From Sphaeroforma arctica JP610 (taxonomy: Eukaryota): 51,035 nt of DNA. The notes beneath the pieces are model-generated. The model searched no databases. It saw only the letters and a program-made list of their open reading frames with translations, and was not told where the DNA came from. This document shows positions 33,828-47,096 of the stretch, piece after piece. The position numbers and the translations under genes were made by a program. Each line of letters begins with the position of its first letter. The first letter of the stretch is position 1. The stretch is from assembly GCF_001186125.1 (NCBI RefSeq), contig NW_014040231.1, forward strand, positions 37,040 to 88,074, read 5' to 3'.

Positions 33828-36545
33828 ATGAGGCAGGCGCTACTACTGATAGTGGCGGTGCTCACACTCTTCGTGAGTGTGAGTGTGGCCATATATCCCC
33901 CTGACCACTGGGAGTATAGTACCGATATTGAAAACGGATCGCATCTGCACGAGGTATTTGTTTAAGCGATGGTATATACTTTTCAGTTTGCTGCGTGCGT
34001 ATGCGTATGTGCAGGTCTGCCTCCTCAATCGGTCTCTAAATGCGTATGTGTATGTGTTTGTGCGGCGTCATTTGCATGGGATATTGGGCCAGTGGATGCT
34101 TAGTATATATCTGACGGTTGCATTGGTTTGTGGTGTTTCATCACATAATAGTGATTGAGGATATTGGTGACGAATGTATATTGCACTAGCGATCGTACGC
34201 TGCTAGTGATTCATATTTATATTTAGATCTAGAAAGTTCTGGAAGGGAAAAGGCTTTGGAAATTTATTACGCCGAATGTGTTAAATATATTGTTTCATTA
34301 GTGATGTGTATACACTGCGAGCATTCTCGCAGCCCTTTTATTAATATCTGTTTCTCGACTTGATTTGTTTCTTCTTGTTTCACGAATAACCTGTATTGTG
34401 CATATTGTACTTGTGGTCACGATGCTCCATTAAAATTGATGTAGTCAATGAATAAACCTTAGAAAGTATATGTATTGATGCTTTATATTGCTACGAGTAT
34501 GTTTTAGACATAAATTTTCATACATGTAACTTCCTTATGGCGAATTCGTTGTGACAGCAAGGTCCACACTTCCCTATATGAGAGTATTATGAGGCTATCT
34601 TCACGTGTATGGTGAATATATTGTCAGCATACGGAAGATTTACGCCCGTGTTTGTATGCACACACATGATTACTCACAGATACATACATATGCATACAGG
34701 GTATGTTCATATTGACGAGCAGTATTCTAAATGGCTGTACGTCTATACAGCTGTACTTCTACTTTCATGCGTGTGCGTATACGTGCGCTGTGGTCGTGCG
34801 TGCATGCTTACATTCATACATGACAATAGCGTGATTGATCCAAGTCCTAACACCTAGAGACCGGCCAATATAGGGCTGTGTAGTGTGACATTGCCAAACT
34901 TTAATTTAACTTTCCACTCTAGAAATTGGTACTCGAAGTTCTGTTTTATCGGACCGTTCACTCAGTATTGAACTGACACAAAAAATCACCCCATTCTCTC
35001 TGTCAGCTTATCACGGAAACTCTCAAGGCCGACAAAGCGCTACTGGTGCGCTGGATTGCGTCCGCTGGGTGAGGGTGATGACAAAAGCAGGTATAGCTCT
35101 TTTATAGTCAAATGCAGGTATAGCCATTAAATAGTCAAATGCAGATATGGCTCTTGATAGTCAAGCAGGTATAAGCCCTTTTAAAGTCTCGGTTAGGAAC
35201 TGCTCGTTCTCTTGTCTGTCTTTAGTTGCACGGAGAACTTTTGTATAGCCAGTCAAGATCACTGACCACTACTCAACATATATCCATGGATAGGTATAGC
35301 GGCCTGCGAGTATTAATGAAACTTCTCGTACGCTTTTTCTGCCTCTAGCTGCATGGATAATTGTGGAAACACGAATCACTGACTATTATGCTCAAAATAT
35401 ATTAGAGTTTATTGACGAGTTTGTTGATTAGTTTTCTTGCTTTGTGCTGCTGTGCGCTTTTTTTCGACCGCTTATTGTATCTATCTACATACATCTTGAA
35501 AAACTTTATATCTCGTGGCTTCATTGGTATACTCACTTGTCACCTCTGTTCTTTCTTCATCTAACCATACTCTGGACCTTAAAGGTTCCGGCCTGGAATG
35601 TAATTGTGAAAGGTAAGCTGCCACTTGGTCCTTCGGAAGATTAGTTCCTTCGTTTTGATGGATTGGTGGTTTTGATCCCAAGAGTTGGCAGCATATGATC
35701 TGTTTGGATTAGAGGTGCAGATACTGTGTATGCGAACTCATATATGGTACACTCTGCCTGTGAGGTTTTGACCAAGTTCCGTATCGAGTAATGAACTCCC
35801 CTAGTGAATAATCAATACCCCTCGTGGACAATTCATAGTTAGTCATCTCGGTATCCTCAATTAATCCAGCCTACACACCGGCCGTTTACCACATTAGTCA
35901 ATACGAAATAGCAAGTCTTGGCCCGTTAGAAGTATGTGACCCGTCATAGCAAGTCTTAACAGATCAATGCCAGTTGTGTCACGTTTATATATCACTAGCC
36001 ATACGACGGCGTGGCCATTGTGTTGAGCTGACACTAGTTATGCATTTATCCGCCCAGAGTACCATGCCGCTGACAACATAGTGTTCGACGTCATGCTAAG
36101 CAAGACCCGCATCACCAAGTACGGTGCGGGCCAGGGCGGGTGGCCCACCATCCGATACTTCAACGCTGCGACGGGTATGTTGTAGCGACTGGATGGACGG
36201 AATATACACACTTTTATTGATAATCAGTGCATGATATGTTAGGTGTGCCCGCCTCAGTGCTGCTCCCCGTGCTTGTGTGATCGTTATCTGGAGCAAATTC
36301 GAACCCTTGCCGCTTTGAAGCGAGGTGTTTGATGTGTGTGGTGTGTGCAAAGATGTGTCGTATGTGCCCAATGGACAGGCCTACGAGAAGCAGACCACCC
36401 AGTCTATGTGTGGTGAACTGGGTGATATGAAGTACATGCGTGCCTATGTATGCGTGCCTATGTGGAGTTGGCCCGTGGCAAGTCCGGTGCTGAAGGGGAG
36501 GTAAGGGCGAAGCCGTCGCCAGATGCCGGCCGCATTGAGTTGTAG
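33828..36545 (+). CDS. Secretory thioredoxin/PDI-like selenoprotein with GUGUU motif (PDI_e-like); possibly a damaged copy
   Basis: Phase-compatible GT-AG exons. 33828-33953 MRQALLLIVAVLTLFVSVSVAIYPPDHWEYS... (signal peptide; alternative ATG 33816). 35007-35090 LITETLKADKALLVRWIASAG*G**QKQ. 35585-35612 VPAWNVIVK. 36058-36174 ...GAGQGGWPTIRYFN (thioredoxin cis-Pro region). ~36353-36545 AYEKQTTQSMCGELGD...; this acceptor is uncertain and a 14-nt duplication shifts the frame. Confidence 0.8.
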
Positions 36546-36818
36546 TTGTAGAGACACTCCCGCGAGGGGTCTTTATGGGCTTTGAGAGCGATTGGAGGTC
36601 GCGCTGATTCGCACTTGACGACTTAAGCTGAGCACGACACCGCAGAGGCTAAGTTCACCACTACGCACGCCACCTTTGGGCTGCAGTGCCCCCGGAGTTG
36701 GGTATACCTCGCCAGACGCAGTTGTTATCGTAGGTCAAAATCATATCTCCACCGAACTACTACCCCCGAGCTTGCACCAATAGTGTACGCGCGGGTGTGC
36801 ACATCCTTATCCAAGTAT

Positions 36819-36886
36819 CAAACGCTAACCATATGACGTACTTTCACGAAAGCCGTAAGGCGTGATCGCACCGACTCCAACGTTTG
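36819..36886 (+). promoter_or_regulatory. Putative eukaryotic type II SECIS element
   Basis: ATGA (36833-36), 12 nt, AAA (36849-51), mini-stem GCC-GTAA-GGC, helix II partner, then CGAC (36872-75). Outer helix CAAACG/CGTTTG. About 290 nt downstream of the stop of the UGA-containing gene. Helix II pairs at only 7 of 10 positions. Confidence 0.72.
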
Positions 36887-37937
36887 GCCATGGTTGCTAT
36901 GATGACGGCGGACTCTGTCTTTTTCATTCACAGAGTGCGTTTGGGTCATCCTAGCACCACCAAACAACCCCTCACTTCCAATTGCGTTGGTAGCTGTTGC
37001 ACACAATATATCCCGAGAGAAGCTCCTGATTAAACGTTGATAATTGCGGTTTCTATTTTTGTTCTTCTATGGTGTTTTCAAGGAGCCAGTATTAAACTTC
37101 ATTTTATTAGCGAGACTTTGTTTTTGAGCCAGTTGGCCGGCATAGCGATACTTATCACACAGACAGACCCGAGTATTAATAGCGCGAAGACGTTGAGAGC
37201 CAAACTGCTGGGTCTGCCCTGACTTTGCCTATGACACTCTTGAATGTACGCAACGGGGTAACAGAAACACATTTTCCGCGATGGAGTTGCGAACGTTGGT
37301 GTCTGCCAACGATGAAATGGTGATCATACGTGGTAGAAAAACACAGTTCCGCGAGAGAAAGTAGACGTTGAAGACGGGAAATGGTTTGAAGGTCTAGTAC
37401 GCAAAAGTATGAAAGCAATAGCATACATGTGAGGTTTCTGGCGCCAATGGGGCATCACATACAATTATGCATCATATTGCAATAGAAAGGGGTTAAACGG
37501 TGGTGAACAAACTAGCACAGACAACCATGGTTCATTCAAGTGACTTACAAATTTATGATGGTGCAGTGTTGTTTCTAGTAATGGATATAGATCATGCAAC
37601 AGATAACAGTGCCACCATACCCTTTTTAATCATAGCCTTCTAAATCAAACAGAAGACTATGGTTATATGTACATGTTCTGCCAGAAAATACAAACAAACG
37701 GAGTTACTCACCCATGAAAACAACACAAAACTAGTGCAGTACACGCCTATTTGCATCAGCACTCGACTGGGTGATGCAGTTGGCCACATCTGCTGCCGTA
37801 GGCAAGTTGTTTCCAATGGAAATACAAAAAAATCTGTTGTGTCAGCGGTGGCCCTCTACATGTGCGCAGTCCTTACTTTACTTTGTAAGACGGGGTATAC
37901 CATTTTAATAATGCTTGACTGGGATACTCTAGTTGGC

Positions 37938-37992
37938 CAGCGCCTACCGTCACTTATAGATGATGGAGCGCCTACCGTCACTCATAGATGAT
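37938..37992. repeat. 28-bp tandem duplication just downstream of the ASL stop codon
   Basis: agcgcctaccgtcact(t/c)atagatgatg occurs twice. Confidence 0.85.
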
Positions 37993-38014
37993 GCGTGCAT
38001 GCTAATTGTTATAT

Positions 38015-41000
38015 TTATGACGTCTCACTACCCAGTTCTTTTCGCAAACTCTCTATTTGTCCGAGCACTGACGACTTCGATGTTCCTCCTTGCGCTTGAT
38101 ACTGCAGTATTATAGATATGAAATGAATTAGTGGTTTGTAGTGCCTTATAGACAAAACTATACAAGCTGTTAGATTATAGCTTGCGTCTAAAGCATTTAC
38201 AAAGAACAGTTGATCAGTTATGTGGCAATGATTGCAATAAGGTGGGGACGAACAAACTATGCATTGGAGTTGTATGGGAATATATAGATTTCTCGTCAAG
38301 TTACAACTGCATGAATTGACATTCTTTTCTCAGAACACTACGCAACCAAAATTGCCAACTAGCTACGCACGCAGATATTGATAAATTTATAAGAATGAAA
38401 GTGACGCGGAACGGTCTAAAATTCCAGTGCAAACAGCTGCGGCCACCCTTACCTGTTCGACGCTATTTTCAAAGTCCCACAGCGAAGTGACATCGTCTCC
38501 GAAGTGCTTGGACACCGTTCGCATATCTGAGTAGCATAGAAATTGAAGACATACTTATGTTTATACAACTTCGTGTGTACGGCGATTGCGGATGTTCATT
38601 AGATAACACGCTTTGTGGAGTAGGTAATTCAAACACATTCGCCAATAATAAACTTTGCTGAGTCAAAACGCCGTGCCTCACCTCTGAATATTCCAAAGTT
38701 CACGTATTCCTAATAGTTAATCACTACATTCAATGGTTGCAAAATCGCATTTAATAGTGGATCGATATTCCTACCGCCATACATCGTGCGCCATACAACG
38801 AGGCAGAGAAAAATGAACAATGCATTTATACCTTCTTTAGTCAACCCATCCATTTCACACTTCTTGTCTTCGGCCATTCGTACGACCTCTCCGGCCAATC
38901 CATGCGCCTCGCGGAACGGAACCTGAGCAAAAACCGATACACAGCGTCATGGAGGGGATGTCAGATACGAAACCACCAAATACAAGAGTTGTGGTGCTGA
39001 AACGCTACGACGGATCGCCAATGGCAGCCGAGAGATATAGTGGAAATGATAGCAAGGCAGTAAGTGAGAATGAGTCCACAGAAAGCCTACCCCAGAGCAA
39101 AACTACCAGAGATGACCTGTCACTCATACAACGCATAAATTAACTACCAGACAAGGAAAAGAGACTAAAGAAACCAAAAATCTACCGAGTTTCAGGGTAG
39201 AATGCCAAGCTCAGAATTATACATCAAGATACAGACGCGGTCTCCACTGTGGTAGCTATATACACATCTCGCCGTGTATGGGCTTGAAGGTATGGGCTTC
39301 AGACATTTACGCCACGAGTGCATGCTGAATAACGAATACACTCGTTGAGTGCACATACCCCTTTTCGGACTAAGTAGTACGCGACATCAGTGGACAGCAT
39401 CTCAATCGCTAGAGCGCTCTTCATCTTCACCTCATCGATTGTCAGCGTTGACATCACCCCCTCTATCGCATCGATGCATGTGAACAGACGCAGAAGTACG
39501 AGCGTGTGTACGAGAATTTTAGTTTTTATGATACTAAACCTTATGGATTGTACAGACTGGTAAGGCTGCGTATCAATTATAGTAAATCCCAACCGACTCC
39601 ACTGTATGTCTATTACAACGAGGGTGCCTACCCCCCCCCCCACTAAAGCCATAATAAGTAGGTATAAATACCTCAATCTGTACCTACAGCCAAGCACATA
39701 TCAATAAAGATATGAATAGGAGGGGTGGGCGTACCTAAAATTATTAGAGCCACCGTGTATTCTGACAACGGCCAAGCACACACACACACATACCAGCTAT
39801 TTGCAAGAGGCTTTCCAACGTGTCCGTAACGTTGAATAGAGCCTCCTTATCCTCTTGCATGTCTTTGTTGTAGGTACTGGGCAAGCCTTTCATGGTCATC
39901 ATGAATCCAGCGAGCTGCATACACACAAGGTTGCACAGGAGTTGGTGGGGGTCAGAACGCATGAAGTGTGCCATGCCAAACGTGATATTCATGTCCACAA
40001 GGTAGCGTGTTTCCATATGCAGTTGCAAATAATCGTACATGCACGTGAGACATAATTGCGCACACTCGCGCGCACATGCTGACAGGGATTGATTTCGCCG
40101 CGATCTACGTCAAATATGTATGGAGGTACACTTAAGATCGGTCCAGTTAGGTGCTCTCCAGTCAAATGATGGTGCAAATCAATACATAGTATATATACAC
40201 ACCGATCCACTCTTCTCTCGAACCCCATGTATAAAGGCACCTTCTACAAAGCTTGACAATTGAATGCGATCTTATGCCATGGTTATGATCAGCCTGGTAC
40301 AGTGCAAACAGTTCATCCGGCAACAGAAACTCACTCGAACATAGATATTAAGGGATCCAAACATTTAAACTGACTTTATCGCGATCCTATACCAATCCAA
40401 CCCCCCCCCCCCGCGGGTCGCCCTTATCCAAAGGGTCAATTAGATACTGAGTCACAGCCTGGACAACTCTATCTCAAATAGATAAATGTAGCCTACCTGA
40501 CCGAACACTCGACCGCTCTTGCCTCTGATGAGTTCCAAACTATCGGCGTTTCTTTTCTGTGGCATAAGCGAACTACCCGTACTGTGCGATGACGGGGAAG
40601 TGGGTGTAGGAATAAGACATAATCAATGCACTTGCTTGCGTCTATATTAGAGCCTTTGTGTATATAACATAAACTTGCACGCTCACGTCAGTGACCCTAT
40701 TTATGTAGCTTGTTAAGCTTCAAGAGGGGAAGGTGATGTACAAGTGATCAAAGTTTGCAACAGTACGGTGGTATGTATATCGTACACAATTTTTGTTGAA
40801 CGCATGCATACAGAAACTCCACATTCAAGCCTATTCGCTTTAAGGCGGCCAACGACTCTACAAATTTAGTATGAAATAATGTAAGACTCAATTACGCGCG
40901 CATATGTATCAGTTGCCAAAATCACGCGAGAGACGGCTCATCTACAGTCCAGGTTCAGCCAAGCTCACCCCGGGATACACAAGCTGTTTCTTAGGGACAT

Positions 41001-44000
41001 ATGCATTATATATTTCCGTAAACATGCGTGCATTTTGAACTTACCTATACGCATCAGCAACCGAGATGAAGCCAAACTCCTTGGTGGAATATATGATGAG
41101 ATCCTCAGCCCACCCACTCAGATGCGAGGCTACTAGCGATGACCAGAACAAGAACTCTGTGATGAAGTCACGCGAACGGGTGGCCTCGAGACTATTGGCT
41201 GTAGGCCCTCTGAACCCTGTTCGAGAGAATCAAGGTTCGTATATATCAGACACGGCTTACCCATACGTAAACATGCTTGTGAATCCCACACATACAGATT
41301 CATATCCCTGCACAGAAATTTCAAAGCTAAACTGTGGCAAGAATTTAGACCAAGTGTTCATTCCAGGGACGATCGTATACGCTTATCTCAAATTCTCTGG
41401 CCCAATAATGTGCATAACGCGCGCACTTGATCGCGTAAGTGGACATAAAAAACTATCAAATAATCAAATGCAACAACAGAAAACAGCAGAAACAAAAATC
41501 CACGACATTGGGTAGACTTTTCACTACCAGTTGGCTGCTTGCCAAAGCTTTCCAGTCTAAGTGCGAGTCAGTTATTACACATACCATCAGATACGCTATA
41601 ACACACACCCGAAGGCAGCGAACGCACAATAACGAGTCCAGAGTATACCGTAATACATCTTACCTAACTCTTGCGCTATGAACTGCCTGTCCACACCAAA
41701 GGGATTGCCAGCCAATGCCCCTGAGCCCAACGGACACTCGTTGAAACGGTGGATGAGAGAGTCCAAAGCTTCCAGATCGTGTGTCAGTTGCGAGGCGTAT
41801 GAACACACCCAGTGTGACCAGCGGATGGGTTGAGCACGCTGCAAGCGACAACAGTGATGTTAGTGCCACAGAAGTCTAGATACTCAGATAGCGAATTCTG
41901 CACAGCGCATGTATAAGCTTGTTTGTTTAGTGTGTATATGTACATAATCCTAAATGTTTGATGTGTATGTGTGCATAGTGTTGTATGTTTAGTGGAGCAA
42001 ATGGCAACAGACATGCCCCCAGAGCACTCCTTTACAGATTGAAAGCTCGAGAGCGTTGCTGCTGAGCTATCTAAGTTACGCCGTCGCAGTATAAATCGAG
42101 CTGACCACCTCCATTATGATATGGTCATAGTTGCCATTCGATTGTAACAGCAACTGTCAGAAATACGAACCATCGGCACACGGGGAAACACCAAAATAAT
42201 TCAAACAGGTTCAAGACTCCATCAAAATAGCAAATTGACACTCATTCAGATTGTGGTACATCTTAATCGTTATTAAAGGTCCCATGTCATATGCCAACAC
42301 TTGCTACACTTTAAAATCATTTACTGAATTTGATAGGGCTTCCGGTCTGCAACGTTGTGGTACAAATTATACACATCTACTAGTAACTATAAGCATACCT
42401 GTAAGTGTGTGTAACCGGGCATGAGGGCGTCTACTTCTTGTTGTGCTCTGTTGAGATGTACACTGATTAAACTCACTAGATATTTTCTGATTGTTGCCGC
42501 CTCTTCGCGTAGCCACAATCGCATGTCGGTCGCTACCTGCCATGGTGTGGAATTTGATAGGCTGTTTGAGTATCGACGAACGACGCAACACTAGAGATTT
42601 ATATATAGATGTATATCTACATGTGTACATATATATATATACGTCGCATACATGATTCGAGTACCTGACAACTCAAGGAGCCAGTACAACATTTCAGATC
42701 TATTCTGGCACTCAAATTATTCTAGACAATGCGTTAAACAAATGGTTTTCTGTAGCATAAGTTCAGTACTCTCATTTCAAGCGCAATCGATACATCAGTG
42801 CGTATGCATTTACAGATATATTTATACAACGACACAGTAGTCCACCGAGTCTTTGCTATTGCGGACAGTGTGGAAAAACAGAACGACATATGGTACTAAA
42901 CTCTTTGGAGATGCATCTCGCAGGAGTATACGTACACTTTATGCATGTATTAATCCCGTCTATTTGCTTACATAGCAACTACATTAAACATACCTGATCA
43001 TTTCTGCTACGACCGGTGTGTAATTTTCCGGCGACATCCCCCACCATCTCCTTCAAACGACGCTCGTTTGCTGTGTGAATGTCCTCATCTCCGGACTATG
43101 GAGCAAAAATGACAGAGATAAATGCTCTGAAACATTATGTATCGATTATCTACAGGATCCGATAACATCGTTTCTTGGAATCATACACTATAATCCAGAG
43201 CAAATATAATTTGCAGTACTGTGCTCTAATGTGTCAATTCGAGTGGGAATTTCCTTACAAAGCCCGGTTAGGCATGTCAAATGTACAGGACCTACAGACG
43301 CATGCAATGGTACATCGGACTAACCTTGATAACAAACGACCCTGCCTTCCACTCCTCCAAGACGTCCTGTAGCCCCTTTTGTAGTGTTTCAGATTCAGCG
43401 TCCGTAATGAGACCTGCTTTAGCGATAGCCTTCGCGTATACAATCGACCCCTCGATGTCCTAATATTGATAGTTGAGATTTTACCGCAAAGAAGTTCATA
43501 GAAGTTCAATGTAGATGCTGGGTATGAACTATAGATCCGGCGGCATTAGAGGGTTTCCATCGAGGTTATATCTGGACTTAAAGGAGTTGTTATATGTATG
43601 ATACACCTCCCAATTCAAGCTTCGTAGCTTGTTTATTTGTATCACACATATAGCACACAGCTTGAAGGCAATATTCTTAAAGATATATCAGCAACACCAA
43701 CATGGATATACAATACTCAACACTGAAATATTAAATGAACACGAAGCAGTCATTGATCGATGCAATAATCCACATTCATCTTAAACGTGGGCCAATTTTC
43801 TGCAATGAGGGCGTCTAGTATTGTGCTAAAACGCCTTACCAGCTATCATGAAGCAAAGTTTCGCATCACTGGCGACATATGAGGAATGGCGCACACATTC
43901 CGACTATGAGATTAAAGATACGTACGCGTGCACAGGTCGAATATAAAATAACTAAATGTATTCCTTTGAAACTCAAATCACTAAACGAAAAACGAATACT

Positions 44001-44296
44001 ATTATAATGTAAATTCCAAATCACTCGAAATTCTGCCACCTCATATACCGCCATAAAAGCGTTGAACCTTACTGCTGACAAAGCATGAACAGGGGTGATC
44101 ACTTCGTCATATCTGTCCATACATTCGCTTATCAAATAGAACGAAGATTGCTTTGTAAACAAACACTCTGTCATACCTGTTTGTACATGCGTTTGTCGAA
44201 TCGAATGGAAGCGTTAAATTCCTCCATCACCGGATCCTGCGCGCCGGTAAAGCGGCCACCCCACAGCTTGGTCTCTGTTTGCTTTGGTTGCGTCAT
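38015..44296 (-). CDS. ASL: Argininosuccinate lyase, 12 exons, ~467 aa
   Basis: Exons 44296-44177, 43459-43325, 43095-42994, 42536-42399, 41838-41664, 41216-41045, 40581-40497, 39914-39794, 39462-39359, 38922-38832, 38526-38453 and 38101-38015, all GT-AG, totalling 1404 nt. Motifs [74 protein letters not shown] and GVPFREAH. Confidence 0.97.
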
Positions 44297-46287
44297 GGTG
44301 AATATTTGAACTGCTACACTTATCTTTCTCTGTTACAGCTTTGCTATATAGAAGTGGCGTATGGTTTCGTATGAATTCACTGCTGAGTGTATATATTTTA
44401 TATATATCTCTCTAGAGGGAGAGAGTGAGGTTTTAGTCACATGTTGTGCCACACAACTGTGATGGGAATCGCAGACGTTGAAGAACAACAAAAAAAAAGC
44501 TGTTGCAGATGTGTTTTGATTGGAAGAGAATGCGTCTATCTGATCGGTGTGTGTCGAACACGGTCAGTCAGTCTAACCGCAATACGTTTTGAGTTTTACG
44601 TTTAAACTAAATAATATACGTTCACAATTAACGTTGATATTGGGATGGCCCTACATCTGGCGGTTACGCTCTAAAGAGTGTCCATTTTAAAAAATAAAAT
44701 AGAGCATACTGTATTAGGCCGATTGTGATTTCCCCAATCTTTTAACCCCCGTATAAACGTTTCAAAGCATACGTATATATTATAAATAAAAAAAAGCGTT
44801 TACGTATATTATAAATATAAATAAGCGTTTACGCATAGCCTACTAAAATGGACCTCTTCGAAATAAAACGGATTGAGGGCATTCAGAATGACGCAGAATT
44901 GCAGACCCAGTATGTACATACACACCTATTTCTTTTCAAAAATAAAAACAAAATATACAAAACCCAATATTTATGGTTCATCCCAGAATGAGTTTGTAAA
45001 TACATGCGACTACGTACACGCGTATCTTGCACTACACAAATTTGGACATGTATTTACAAACATGTGTATTCATATTCTCCAAGAGGCATAGAAAAGCAAA
45101 GAGGCTCTGTCGTTTCTTGGGGTCGTTCACTGCCCATTATAGCACAGTATCGGGTATACAGATAGACTTGAAGTTGGCGTTAGATTATTTTATTTGCAAT
45201 TGCAAACCTTGACAAGAGTCGGAGACGAGGGAGCCAAAGTCAATTTGTTTGAAAGTAATATCGGGACACTATATCAGGTTGTACTGATGAAGCGGTTCCT
45301 TTCATGTTGGGCTTAGCACGCATAAATTACCATTGGCTTCAAAGTCGCCACAGAAATCCAATCCGTCATTGTTAAAACTATCGCCGACGGTAGTATTCCG
45401 AATTACAGCAAACGTTACTTTATCTACGTTTGTATCCAATAAACATTATGTACTGTTGTCATTCAGCTGCACAGCTTAGTTTTGAGGCTCTTGAAATCGG
45501 GTTAGTAATTGAAGGTATGGCAATTTCTAGATACATGCCCAAGTGCTATTTCTTGAATCATTCTTCTGAGCAGATTATTATACCGTTGCCTTCGCTTAGC
45601 GCCTTCGAAAGAACATCTATTGTCAATTATGAAGACGATCCATCAACAACTGTGCGCCGAAAAGAATGCCAACAGAGACGTATCTTTCGGATTGGCGCGG
45701 TGCATGATTGTCGGAGGCCGAGATGTTACAGAGACTTATACTGGGCATACAACAGGGTGGGAGTGTGGCAGAGACAATATACAATTGCTGCTGTGAACCA
45801 AAATGCACTTAAGGCATATCAGCTTAGACAGAGCTTATATTTATTATGGAACGTTTACACTCGAGGTTATTTGCACTTTACCCGCCTCTTTGCGATTGTT
45901 ACTATTTTTCAGTATCGCATGCGTTATTCAGATTGCTACACCATCTGTAGTGCCGCGTTGTTTGTTCTCCATGATTACGAATGTGTTACCTATGGCTTCT
46001 ATCCTCAAGCACCTCCCGCATATCACTTAAACAGATGTTGCAACGTGTCGCTTATCGAGTCACCGTATCTCACCCAGTTCGACTCGATAATCGTATTAAC
46101 CTATTCACGTGGTGTAATAGCCTTTCTGGTTTCTGCAAGGCTCAAATGTATTTGGTCAATCGCCTGCCAACATAGGTAGTCTGCATACAGATGTCACCGA
46201 CTCTCTCATGTTTATTCGTATCTTCCCACACCAAAGCTTATATAAACCTATTAGCAACAGAGGTAGAATACTTCACAGTCAACCCCA

Positions 46288-46322
<35 letters not shown>

Positions 46323-46784
46323 GCTAGGCATGTATTTAATAAACTGCTCTGCAGGAATTCCTTGCATTCTGATTGGCCAGTCCTGGTCTAACCCCATTGT
46401 GAGTCCCGAAAAATCAGCATTTCAAATGTTGGTGGCCTGGGTCTTGGGCGACGTAGCAATCGCTGCTGACTCATACTACGGGAGACGTGTTCAGCTCAGT
46501 GGCTCAGTGGATGTCACTCTCCACTTAAAAGCACACCGGGGCTGTGACAAAAGTCTTGGGATCATATGAATCATGCTGGAATCATACGCTCATAGTGTTC
46601 TGCGCTGAAAGGTAGGACTCTGGCTCGCACGTGCTACGGAGAAGTGACTGCCTAAACATGCAGTCCAAGGCTCCTCATTGACGCTGGATGGATCTCTACA
46701 CTAACACTCTCCCCCGACTAAGTACGTTCATATATATGTTACAGCATCATGTGCGCTTTATTGCTATACGTAATGGATACCAGC

Positions 46785-47064
46785 CTATAGCTCTTCATCA
46801 TCACTCAAGCCCAGTTCTGGGTATTCTCCACATACCACCCACTTGCATTTCACAAAACCGCCGTATTTGGGCTCACAGGTGAAGTACCTCTTGCCTTCCA
46901 CACTGCCATCGTTCTTGCCGTATGGTTCATCGTACTCTATGCCAGCCCAGATTCCTGATGGCAGATGGATTATAGCCACATCAACACTCGAATCCAGTAC
47001 AAGAATACGTAAATTCAACATGCTCATATATATTTATATATATACATATCCATATCCATACACG

Positions 47065-47096
<32 letters not shown>

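Noticed and set aside
35070..35081. Three TGA codons as ordinary nonsense mutations
   Set aside because: All three are TGA, they cluster at the redox-motif position, the rest of the exon chain is open, and a SECIS-like element follows.
35481..35681. Minus-strand ORF as a LINE fragment
   Set aside because: No RT or endonuclease motif. The region is explained by an intron and the 28-nt exon of the plus-strand selenoprotein gene.
36610..36660. Another SECIS candidate (TTGAC...stem)
   Set aside because: It lacks the apical AA and the 3' GA of the quartet.
38682..38709. Possible extra 28-nt ASL exon (AG...GTGAG)
   Set aside because: It would break the frame, and exons 10 and 11 join correctly without it.
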